From the IMG/VR virus record IMGVR_UViG_3300020042_009457, positions 1 through 24,513 of that record: a DNA stretch of 24,513 nt; one strand, 5' to 3'. A model generated the notes under the pieces. It was not told the origin of the DNA. It saw only the letters and a list, made by a program, of their open reading frames with translations, and did not search any database. The translations under genes were made by a program, and so were the position numbers. The DNA comes from a virus. Its lineage: Duplodnaviria > Caudoviricetes. Of the stretch, positions 1 to 7,228 are shown piece by piece; within the stretch, counting starts at the first letter, position 1; the number at the start of each line of letters is the position of its first letter.

Positions 1-1
1 C

Positions 2-187
2 AAGGCTTACACGCAGGCTCGCAACAAGATGATGCAATACAAGGTCATGCTCGACAACGATAGCCTGGCACCGTCGGTGCGTGCTGACCTGCTTGCCAAG
101 TACGAAACAAAGCGTGCCGAGCAGGCCAAGCACAAGTCTGAGTACAACAAGCGAGTTGCAGTGCTGCAAGCCTCGCTGACCAACTAA
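2..187 (+). CDS. Hypothetical protein, 3' end only (helical, charged)
   Basis: Open frame from window edge KAYTQARNKMMQYKVMLDND...VLQASLTN to TAA at 185-187; codon usage like neighbours. Confidence 0.7.
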   Translation, partial: KAYTQARNKMMQYKVMLDNDSLAPSVRADLLAKYETKRAEQAKHKSEYNKRVAVLQASLTN

Positions 188-220
188 CCTACCCCACCCC
201 CCGCAAGAGAGAGAGACCCC

Positions 221-1066
221 ATGAGCATGCAGATTGCCAAGAACCAGCACCCCGTCGAGGGCTGGCTGTCCAACCCCGACAACTTCGCCAAGGTCGCCAA
301 CGCGCTGCCGACGCACCTCAATGCCGAGCGCATGCGCCGGCTCTACCTCACCGTGTTCAACAACAGCCCTGACCTCAAGGCGTGCAGCCCTGCCTCGGTC
401 ATCGGTTGCCTGCTCAAGGCTGCCCAGCTCGGCCTCGAGCCAGATGGTGGCAAGCTCTACCTCATTCCTCGCAGCGGCAACTGTACGGTGCAGATTGGCT
501 ATCAGGGCTACATCGAGCTCGCCCGCCGCTCTGGTCAGATTGCCGCTATCGAGGCCAACATCGTCTACGAAAGTGACGACTTCTCGATTGCCTACCATCT
601 CGACAGCAAGTTTGAGCACCGGCCCAACCTGCGTCGTGCTGCCGATGACAAGGTGCTCGGCGTCTACTGCTATGCCAAGCTGACCTCTGGCGAGCGGCTG
701 TTCACCTGGATGAGCCATGCCGATGTCGAGCATGTGCGTCGCACGAGCTCTGGCAACAGCAGCACTTGGACCAAGCACTGGGGCGAGATGGCGAAAAAGA
801 CGGTGCTCAAGCGTGCCGCCAAGATGCTGCCCAGCTCGATTGAGATGGCTGCTGCTATCGAGACCGAGGCCGAGCACGAGGGCTACCAGCAGGAGGCGCC
901 TGTGGTGTCTCATCAGGTGGTGACGACCCCGACGGCGGTAGGTGGTGCCCGGCTGCCTGCTCCCCCGCCGCCCATCGAGGTGTCGGCCGAGGAGGTCGAG
1001 GTCACTGAGCTCACTGCAACCGAGGCTGCTACCGAGCCCCTCAACCTTGACGAGGTGCCGTTTTGA
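221..1066 (+). CDS. recT: RecT/Redbeta-family single-strand annealing recombinase
   Basis: Family motifs AAQLGLEP, YLIP, QIGYQGYIELARRSGQI, VYESDDF, W..HWGEMAKKTVLKR..K.LP; Pro/acidic tail ending LDEVPF. Confidence 0.93.
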   Translation: MSMQIAKNQHPVEGWLSNPDNFAKVANALPTHLNAERMRRLYLTVFNNSPDLKACSPASVIGCLLKAAQLGLEPDGGKLYLIPRSGNCTVQIGYQGYIELARRSGQIAAIEANIVYESDDFSIAYHLDSKFEHRPNLRRAADDKVLGVYCYAKLTSGERLFTWMSHADVEHVRRTSSGNSSTWTKHWGEMAKKTVLKRAAKMLPSSIEMAAAIETEAEHEGYQQEAPVVSHQVVTTPTAVGGARLPAPPPPIEVSAEEVEVTELTATEAATEPLNLDEVPF

Positions 1067-1380
1067 GTAACTACCCTCACGCCCGCGCCGTCCTGGCGTC
1101 TCGCATCGTGCAGCTGCACGGCACCCAGCACCGGCTGGCTCAGCTCCTCGGCGAGAGCCGGCAGCTGCTGCTGCAACGGCAGAAGTCGGCAGCCAAGTAT
1201 GCCAACAGCCACGGCTGGTGGTCCAACGTGCTCATCATGGAGCCTACCTGGCTGCTCGAGGAGATGCAGAGCCGGCCGATGCCGAGCCCGATGTTGGTTG
1301 CCGCCGCTGTTGAGCTCAACCAGAACACCTACAACCAGTACCGCCGTGTTGGTGGTCGCCCCCGCAAGGTAAAGCCATGA
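1063..1380 (+). CDS. Hypothetical protein with C-terminal AT-hook-like GGRPRK
   Basis: TTG start overlaps recT stop (TTGA); stop overlaps next ATG (ATGA); start uncertain. Confidence 0.6.
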   Translation: MSNYPHARAVLASRIVQLHGTQHRLAQLLGESRQLLLQRQKSAAKYANSHGWWSNVLIMEPTWLLEEMQSRPMPSPMLVAAAVELNQNTYNQYRRVGGRPRKVKP

Positions 1381-1844
1381 GTACCGAACTCTTAGATAAC
1401 ATCGAAGAGTTGGCCCGCCGTGCCGTGGCGTGCAAGCGGTGGCGGTGGATGCCGGGCATGGCTGCTTGGACTGTGGATGCGGCGAGCGGCGAGGTTTACA
1501 GCGAAGGTGTGCGCATTGTAAGCCAACCGTGGAAAGCCGAGGGCCAAAGCGAGCGGGTTAGGGTGGTGGTTGACTTGCCCTTGCTTGTACCCTCGCTTGG
1601 CACTGCCTTTACAAGCACTCTGCTGCCTGACCTCACCGACCCTGCCACGCTCGGCTGCCTGCTGGCTCTGGTGCGTGAGGCGTGGGGCAACGAGGCCAGC
1701 GTCTCGCTCAACATCAGCAGCTTCTGGGCTGTTGGTGGCGCAAAGATTCAGAAGGGCAAGAGCGCAGGCCACACCATCAACCTGGGCATCTGGAAGCTCA
1801 CCGAGGTCGAGGCCCTTGTTGCCGCGCTCGAGGTGGCACCATGA
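1377..1844 (+). CDS. Phage hypothetical protein
   Basis: ATGA overlaps at both ends; PDLTDPATLGCLLALVREAW segment resembles uncharacterised environmental phage proteins (from memory, not searched). Confidence 0.75.
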   Translation: MSTELLDNIEELARRAVACKRWRWMPGMAAWTVDAASGEVYSEGVRIVSQPWKAEGQSERVRVVVDLPLLVPSLGTAFTSTLLPDLTDPATLGCLLALVREAWGNEASVSLNISSFWAVGGAKIQKGKSAGHTINLGIWKLTEVEALVAALEVAP

Positions 1845-2140
1845 CCAAGCCCCTACCAGAGATGTCGGTGGCCGAGCTCAATGAGCAAATCTGGCTGCAC
1901 CACGAGATGGTCGGCCACCTCGAGCGCCGCAACCTGCGGTTCAAGACCAGCCTGCTCAAGTTCGAGACAGGGGTAGCCAAGAAGTGGCGAGACGACGAGA
2001 CCGGGCATGGCCGGCTGTTTTGCGAGCTGGTCATCATGGGCCTCGATGAAGAGGAGCAGGCCATCGAGGCCGAGAGGACCGAGCTCTTCAAGGTGCTGGC
2101 ACTAATCAAGACCGAGGCACAGCGCAGGGGGTTGGCATGA
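1841..2140 (+). CDS. Hypothetical helical protein (99 aa, MTKPLPEMS...)
   Basis: In-frame ATG at 1841 overlaps upstream TGA and follows GAGGT; preferred to the track start at 1682. Confidence 0.7.
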   Translation: MTKPLPEMSVAELNEQIWLHHEMVGHLERRNLRFKTSLLKFETGVAKKWRDDETGHGRLFCELVIMGLDEEEQAIEAERTELFKVLALIKTEAQRRGLA

Positions 2141-2619
2141 AACAGAAACCAGTGTGGACAGGCAAGCCAGCCAATGATTCTAACACCATGCCAGACTTCG
2201 CGTGTGTGCGCTGCAATGAGTACATGTGGGAGGTGTTCGAGAAGATTGGTCGCGATGGGCATGCCTACTACGGTGCGCGTTGTCATAACTGCGCTTGCTC
2301 GGAGTACGACCTGCCTGAAAGTGACTATTGGACTGTGCAGCGTCGAGGTGAACGGTGGCCACGAGTATGGCGACTGAGCAAAGAGGCTGCCCAGCACTTC
2401 ATTGGAAAGCACAAAGACTTATTGGCTAAAGCACCAACGACTGCCGAACCAACACCACCGTGCAGCTACTCTGGCTGCACTGAGACTCAGACGCAGATGC
2501 ATCATGTTGCCCCTCGCTCCATCTTCGAGGATGCTGACTGGTATCCTGTGGTCCCGTTTTGCCGAGCTCATCATGTGGCTTATCATCAACGGCTCGATGC
2601 ATGGAAGGCAGGACCATGA
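2137..2619 (+). CDS. Zn-ribbon plus HNH-like endonuclease domain protein
   Basis: N-terminal CVRC...CHNC; C-terminal CSYSGC...MHHVAPRS...PFCRAHHVAYH; ATGA overlaps. Confidence 0.6.
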   Translation: MKQKPVWTGKPANDSNTMPDFACVRCNEYMWEVFEKIGRDGHAYYGARCHNCACSEYDLPESDYWTVQRRGERWPRVWRLSKEAAQHFIGKHKDLLAKAPTTAEPTPPCSYSGCTETQTQMHHVAPRSIFEDADWYPVVPFCRAHHVAYHQRLDAWKAGP

Positions 2620-3527
2620 GCTCAACAGCTGACAGGCGAGCAGAGGCCATCGAGCGCATCGGCAAGGTGCGTGCCGAGGTCGAGGCCAAGGATGCCGAGA
2701 AGGTAGCCAAGGCAGAGGCCGTCAAGCATCGAAAGCGGGAGACCAAGAGGCGCTGGGCACAGAACAACCCTGAACGGGCCAAGGTCCTTCAAGCCAAGAA
2801 GAACGCCAAGAAGAACGACCGCATCAATGCTCGGCTTGCGTCCGACCCTGCCTATCGTGAGGAGCGTAAGGCCAAGCGGCAGGAGAAGTACCAGGAGAGC
2901 AAAGACCAGCTCGCAGCCAAGCGTCGAGCCCGGCTCGAGGAAGTCAAAGCCATGAGAGACAAGTTGACCCAGTTGACTACCCTAACCCCTACCCAGGTCA
3001 TCATGAGCGCCGCACAGTCCGGTAAAGCCAGAGAGTTGACCCGCATCATCTACACAGGCGTGGACCCGGGCAAGAGCGGCGCCATCGCCAGCATCGACCA
3101 GGACGGCACCATCCTCAAGGTCTCGAGGTTCAATCAGGCCGACACCGAGGGGCGCATCGCGCTCATCATCGGTGACCACTTTGCCGAGCTCGAGGAGTGC
3201 ATCCACGCCGCAACCATCGAGCGTGTCGGAGCCATGCCCAAGCAGGGTCTGAGCAGCACCTTCGTCTTTGGCCGTGTCTATGGCGAGGCATGGGCCGGAC
3301 TGGTGCTCAGTAAGGCCCGCGTGTCGAGCGTCACACCCTCTACCTGGCAGAGTGACATGAGGCTGCCCAAGAAGGTCGAGTACGCTGCACACAAGCGAGC
3401 CATCAAGGCCGAGGCCGAGACACGTTGGAGCCGCACCTTTACGCTAGACCAGGTGGACGCAGTGTGGATAGCAGAGTGGGCAAGACTAAAGGGGCCGTGG
3501 TCGCGTAACGCAACAGCAGGAGGGTAG
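2616..3527 (+). CDS. ruvC: RuvC-like Holliday junction resolvase with ~130-aa basic helical N-terminal extension
   Basis: RNase H-fold motifs YTGVDPGKSGAIA, IERV..MPKQGLSSTF.FG..YG, VTPSTWQ, DAVWIAEW; ATG 2616 overlaps upstream stop; alternative in-frame ATG at 3003. Confidence 0.82.
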   Translation: MSSTADRRAEAIERIGKVRAEVEAKDAEKVAKAEAVKHRKRETKRRWAQNNPERAKVLQAKKNAKKNDRINARLASDPAYREERKAKRQEKYQESKDQLAAKRRARLEEVKAMRDKLTQLTTLTPTQVIMSAAQSGKARELTRIIYTGVDPGKSGAIASIDQDGTILKVSRFNQADTEGRIALIIGDHFAELEECIHAATIERVGAMPKQGLSSTFVFGRVYGEAWAGLVLSKARVSSVTPSTWQSDMRLPKKVEYAAHKRAIKAEAETRWSRTFTLDQVDAVWIAEWARLKGPWSRNATAGG

Positions 3528-3529
3528 CC

Positions 3530-3928
3530 ATGCAAGAGGATTGGGACAGACCACTGATGCCTACCAAGGCCCTGCTCGAGCTCTACTTTGGTGGCGACTG
3601 GCACGCCATGAGCGGCAACCGGGTCTACTCGCTCGGCTCTCATACTCCTGTGCCTCACACGATGGCGTTGACCTCGACCTACGGGATGCTGCGCATGGAG
3701 CTGCGTCTGAGTGAGGGCGGTCTGTTCTTGGCAGCCATCACCTACGAGGACTTTGAACAGCCTCTGGTGGTGTCAGCAGGGGCCGTATTCACCGAGGCAA
3801 TCAGCTGTGTGCTGCGTGCCTACCGCAACACCGTCAACAGCCTGCCACAGCCCTGCGATACCCTGCCTGACGAGCGCGGCGCCTACTACCGACAGCACCT
3901 TAAGTTGAAGAGAGGACCAGCCAAATGA
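3530..3928 (+). CDS. Hypothetical protein
   Basis: Strong SD AGGAGG before ATG; stop overlaps next ATG. Confidence 0.7.
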   Translation: MQEDWDRPLMPTKALLELYFGGDWHAMSGNRVYSLGSHTPVPHTMALTSTYGMLRMELRLSEGGLFLAAITYEDFEQPLVVSAGAVFTEAISCVLRAYRNTVNSLPQPCDTLPDERGAYYRQHLKLKRGPAK

Positions 3929-4077
3929 GCACAGCCTACTCGTACATGGTTGCCGGCGTGAGAGTAGTGGCCGACAAGGACAAGGTGCAACCAGATGCAC
4001 TGCTGCTTGGCTTTATGGTCATCTTCTTTGCCTATGTTACCTGGCTGTTGGTGCGCTCCGACCGTGAGGAGCCATGA
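3925..4077 (+). CDS. Small single-TM protein (50 aa; not in ORF track)
   Basis: MSTAYSYMVAGVRVVADKDKVQPDALLLGFMVIFFAYVTWLLVRSDREEP; ATGA overlaps both ends; GAGG upstream. Confidence 0.7.
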   Translation: MSTAYSYMVAGVRVVADKDKVQPDALLLGFMVIFFAYVTWLLVRSDREEP

Positions 4078-4187
4078 GCGCATTCATCAACACGGTTGTG
4101 GACCTCATCATGAGAGACCCAGTCATCGTCGTGCTGGGCATCATCCTACTTATCTCTACTTTCGCTGACCAAATCGACCGCTGGTGA
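4074..4187 (+). CDS. Small single-TM protein (37 aa; not in ORF track)
   Basis: MSAFINTVVDLIMRDPVIVVLGIILLISTFADQIDRW; GAGGAG upstream, ATGA overlap, ends 4 nt before next ATG. Confidence 0.7.
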   Translation: MSAFINTVVDLIMRDPVIVVLGIILLISTFADQIDRW

Positions 4188-4191
4188 CCCG

Positions 4192-5421
4192 ATGACCCTT
4201 GATGCAAAGCAGATGAGGCGCAGGCCTCTCGATGATGAGGGCGACATCGCCCGACCCGACCGCCTCGAGGCGCTTGCCATGCGTCGCATTGTGCTCGAGC
4301 GAGGCTACTGGCTGTCACCCATGCACACTACGGTGCCGCTGCCCAAGTTCGACAGCAAGGTGCGTGACCTCGACATCACCGAGGCACACAGCACAGCGCC
4401 TGTCGTGTCTCGATTCTTGACCGGCAAGAGCGTGCTCGACCGCATCGACAACCCGGGACAGAAGCGCAACATAAGCACGAGCCTGCACGACAAGACCACC
4501 AACCATGCAGCACTGATGCAGCACGAGCGTCTGAGCTCGGCCGAGCGTGAGGTGTTGGAGCGCACCAAAGAGGAGCGGCGCAAGACTGAGATTGAGGACA
4601 AGCAGCTGCGCATGCGCGAGGTCGAGGCCGAACTGCGACCCCAGCTCACCGAGGAGGATAAGGCGCGCAACCTTGCCAAGGGCAACCGCATCAAGGCCAA
4701 GGCAGCCAAGTACGAGGCCGAGCAGAAGCGGCTCAAGGACCTGCGAGACAAGACTGTCGAGGCCAAGCGCGGCATGACCCCAACGCAGCGAGAGGAGGCC
4801 GACCTGCGGCGCAAGCGTGAGCAGCATCGAGACCGTCGAGCCAAGGCCAAGGCAGCCCTTGCAGCCGAGCGTGCCGTGGTGCCTGCCCCTGTCGTCGAGG
4901 CCCCCGTTGTCCTGGCGCCTGTCGTCAAGCCCGGCAAGATAGGTCGGCCGAGGATAGTGGCCCCGCTCAACCTCGAGCCAACCGTGCAGCTGGTGCCGGC
5001 CATCGATGAGGCATACGCCACGCCCCTGCATGACATCATCGCCAAGTGCGTGCATGAGCGACTGGTCGGCTGGCGCATCTACGAGCGCAAGGTAGGCAGG
5101 ACAATCACCGAGCAGGCCGAGGCCGAGGCTACAAAGGACATCGAGGCCAGCATCATGGCTAAGTCTAACGAGCAGCCCGACTACCTCTACAAGTGGATGG
5201 AGCGCCGCATCATTCACACTCGCTCGGCCGCCATCATCAAGCGTGAGAAGAGGCGCGGCAACCTCGACAGTGACACGTCCATGCAAATCAGAGCAGCCAT
5301 CAACCCCATGACGGCCAAGCGCCTGGCTCTTGCAGAGCTCACGCCAGAGGAGAAGGCCGACCGCCGCCGAGCCCAGCAGGCCGAGTACAAGCGCACCCGT
5401 CGCAGTAAGGGTAAGGCATGA
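4192..5421 (+). CDS. Large basic, charged helical protein, possibly nucleic-acid binding
   Basis: 409 aa, K/R/E-rich; repeated helix caps LSSAERE, LTEEDKA, MTPTQRE, LTPEEKA; APVV x3; IGRPR. Confidence 0.8.
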   Translation: MTLDAKQMRRRPLDDEGDIARPDRLEALAMRRIVLERGYWLSPMHTTVPLPKFDSKVRDLDITEAHSTAPVVSRFLTGKSVLDRIDNPGQKRNISTSLHDKTTNHAALMQHERLSSAEREVLERTKEERRKTEIEDKQLRMREVEAELRPQLTEEDKARNLAKGNRIKAKAAKYEAEQKRLKDLRDKTVEAKRGMTPTQREEADLRRKREQHRDRRAKAKAALAAERAVVPAPVVEAPVVLAPVVKPGKIGRPRIVAPLNLEPTVQLVPAIDEAYATPLHDIIAKCVHERLVGWRIYERKVGRTITEQAEAEATKDIEASIMAKSNEQPDYLYKWMERRIIHTRSAAIIKREKRRGNLDSDTSMQIRAAINPMTAKRLALAELTPEEKADRRRAQQAEYKRTRRSKGKA

Positions 5422-5702
5422 GGCAGATGACACCAGAGCAGCGGGCTGATGCTATCGCTCGCATCATGGCTGTTGTAGAGGCCAAGCGAGCCGAGGATGA
5501 TGCGGCCGCCGATTCGGTGGCTACGGTTGCCAAGGTCAAGACGGCAGCACGCCGAGCAGCCTGCAAGGAGTATACCAAGCGGTGGCATGACAAGTGCAAG
5601 GCCAAGCGTGAGGCCGACCCTGTCTTGCTCGCAGCCTACCTCGAGCAGCAGCGCATCTACAACCGAGCCAACTACAAGCGCAAAAAGGAGCAGAAGCCGT
5701 GA
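5418..5702 (+). CDS. Basic helical protein resembling the N-terminal extension of the RuvC-like ORF
   Basis: ATGA and GTGA overlaps; RADAIARI/VEAK/TKRW match RAEAIERI/VEAK/TKRRW of 2616..3527. Confidence 0.75.
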   Translation: MRQMTPEQRADAIARIMAVVEAKRAEDDAAADSVATVAKVKTAARRAACKEYTKRWHDKCKAKREADPVLLAAYLEQQRIYNRANYKRKKEQKP

Positions 5703-6148
5703 GCACCCCATCGTACAAGCGAGATGCGATTGAGTACCGGCGCGAGGTCATGGTGCGCACTGTGGCAGCGTCGACTGGTTATGCCTGGTCGCTGGCCTCG
5801 CAGCCCTTTGCCGACTTTATCCTGACCAAGCGAGGCACCAGTCGTGACCACTTTATCTTGGTCAAGGTCTACGAGTGCATGAACCCGGGCACAGGTGACC
5901 TCTGCATCGACGCTGCCGAGTGGGCCGCTGGTACGATAGCAGCTCGTGCCCTCGGCTGTGCCTTTGGTGTGCTCAGACGCACGCCAGACGGTGTGCAGAT
6001 GATGGTCAACGGCATCGACAATGATGGCCATAAGCCAGAGCTCGAAGTCGCCAACGGCTTTGTCGAGGTTCGGATTGCCACCGACTGGTTCGGCCCCAAC
6101 GTGCAGCTGCCCAATGGTCAAACATGGCAGCACCTCAAGGCAGATTAG
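5699..6148 (+). CDS. Hypothetical protein, possible degenerate PD-(D/E)XK (Hjc-like) nuclease fold
   Basis: GTG after AGGAG; pattern E.RRE...TGY...FADFIL...FILVKV parallels Hjc ERE...GF...VDLVA...CIEVKV; CDS likely, fold tentative. Confidence 0.5.
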   Translation: MSTPSYKRDAIEYRREVMVRTVAASTGYAWSLASQPFADFILTKRGTSRDHFILVKVYECMNPGTGDLCIDAAEWAAGTIAARALGCAFGVLRRTPDGVQMMVNGIDNDGHKPELEVANGFVEVRIATDWFGPNVQLPNGQTWQHLKAD

Positions 6149-6151
6149 GGT

Positions 6152-6202
6152 GGTGTGACCGGCCCCCGTGAGGACCCGCATCCATGACAAGCCGGCCACA
6201 CC
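6152..6202 (-). terminator. Inverted repeat at the convergence of the two arms (possible terminator or processing hairpin)
   Basis: Minus-strand RNA GGUGUGGCCGGC...GCCGGUCACACC, 12-bp stem with one G-U, 27-nt loop; no clear U-tract. Confidence 0.45.
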
Positions 6203-6208
6203 GTAAGT

Positions 6209-6517
6209 TTACTCGTCCCAGTTGTTGACTTGGGTTTCGAGTCGGCCAACGCGCTTGCCAAGGTCCTGCACATCGTCGGCCAGCCTGTTGAGGGTTGCGC
6301 CGTCGGGCATCTCGTCGATGCGGTGGCGCATCTCTCTGACCTCGGCTCTAAGCTCTTTCCACTCGTCACGCATCATGTTGAAGGCAAAGGTGCCAAGCAA
6401 GAGGATGATGGTCGATGCAACAGAGCCAATGACGGTGATGACGCGCCACATGGTCGGCAGGCCCACCACAGACTTGGCAGCAATCGACTCTACCGACCCG
6501 GTGCGCTCACTTGCCAT
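6209..6517 (-). CDS. Single-TM plus coiled-coil protein of the lysis cassette (holin-associated or i-spanin-like)
   Basis: Start reassigned to ATG 6517 (MASERTG...), overlapping the holin end; TM VITVIGSVASTIILLLGTFAF then heptad-rich C-terminus. Confidence 0.6.
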   Translation of the reverse strand: MASERTGSVESIAAKSVVGLPTMWRVITVIGSVASTIILLLGTFAFNMMRDEWKELRAEVREMRHRIDEMPDGATLNRLADDVQDLGKRVGRLETQVNNWDE

Positions 6518-6758
6518 GGGTGTCAACCGAGGTCTTGGCTGCGTCGGCATCGAGAGCCCGCTCAACCTTGGTCTTGAGCTCGACATTGCCGGCAGCAAGA
6601 GCGGATACGGTGCTGGCGAGAGCAACCCACATGGGAATGGTGACCGCACCCATGCCGCCTGTGATGGCCGTAACAAGGACGGGCACGACGGTGCCGATGA
6701 GGCCACCTGCAAGAAGGCCCCAGTTGATGCGACCTTTGCTGTGTGTCAGCTTGACCAT
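6507..6758 (-). CDS. Putative holin (two hydrophobic segments, charged C-terminus)
   Basis: SD GGAGG; 83 aa with WGLLAGGLIGTVVPVLVTAI and AVTIPMWVALASTVSALAA; close to endolysin. Confidence 0.6.
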   Translation of the reverse strand: MVKLTHSKGRINWGLLAGGLIGTVVPVLVTAITGGMGAVTIPMWVALASTVSALAAGNVELKTKVERALDADAAKTSVDTHGK

Positions 6759-6776
6759 GTTGCCTCCAAATCGTGA

Positions 6777-7220
6777 CTAGAACTTGTGCCAATGGAAAAT
6801 AAACTCCGGTTGAAACCGCATCAGGCATCGCCCGTTGGCAGGATACGCAACAACAACCTCTGTCATCGCCCTACCCCAAATGCGGAAGCCCTCCTGCAAA
6901 TCGTCGCCGAACTTGCAGAACTGACCGTTGCCTTGCTGCCCCAACCAAGCGCCAACTTTGATGTTGGATGAATAGGGCGAGATGCAGACCCACACGAAGT
7001 CGCCAATCTGCGGCATAACGACTAGCGACCCCTCCGCGACGGTCGACGGATAGATGCCAGGGGTGAGACTGTCGCAGCCCTGCACGATGACGCCGTAGGG
7101 TTCCGCGTATTCGTCTGCCGACAGGCCCACCGTGTTGGGAGCGGTCAGGGTCACACCGTAGCCCTCAAGGCCTGTGAGATTGCTGCTGATTGCCGTGATT
7201 GGATTGAGAATCTTGTCCAT
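6777..7220 (-). CDS. Capsid decoration/cement-like protein, third paralog
   Basis: SD AGGAGG; shares EG.GV, PY, DSLTPG.YPS, QIG, IWG.A.T, LMRFQP with 20207..20653 and/or 20657..21076. Confidence 0.75.
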   Translation of the reverse strand: MDKILNPITAISSNLTGLEGYGVTLTAPNTVGLSADEYAEPYGVIVQGCDSLTPGIYPSTVAEGSLVVMPQIGDFVWVCISPYSSNIKVGAWLGQQGNGQFCKFGDDLQEGFRIWGRAMTEVVVAYPANGRCLMRFQPEFIFHWHKF

Positions 7221-7228
7221 GATGCCTC

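Noticed and set aside
3050-3527. RuvC domain as a TnpB/Cas12-like RNA-guided nuclease
   Set aside because: Compact contiguous resolvase-type motifs, no C-terminal Zn ribbon, and no adjacent non-coding space for a guide RNA
4305-5433. Long antisense ORFs (257 aa and 372 aa)
   Set aside because: Shadow frames of the GC-rich, codon-biased 409-aa gene; Leu- or Ser/Arg-rich translations, no evident RBS
6145-6369. Nested o-spanin (Rz1-like) lipoprotein
   Set aside because: No hydrophobic signal peptide or lipobox before any Cys
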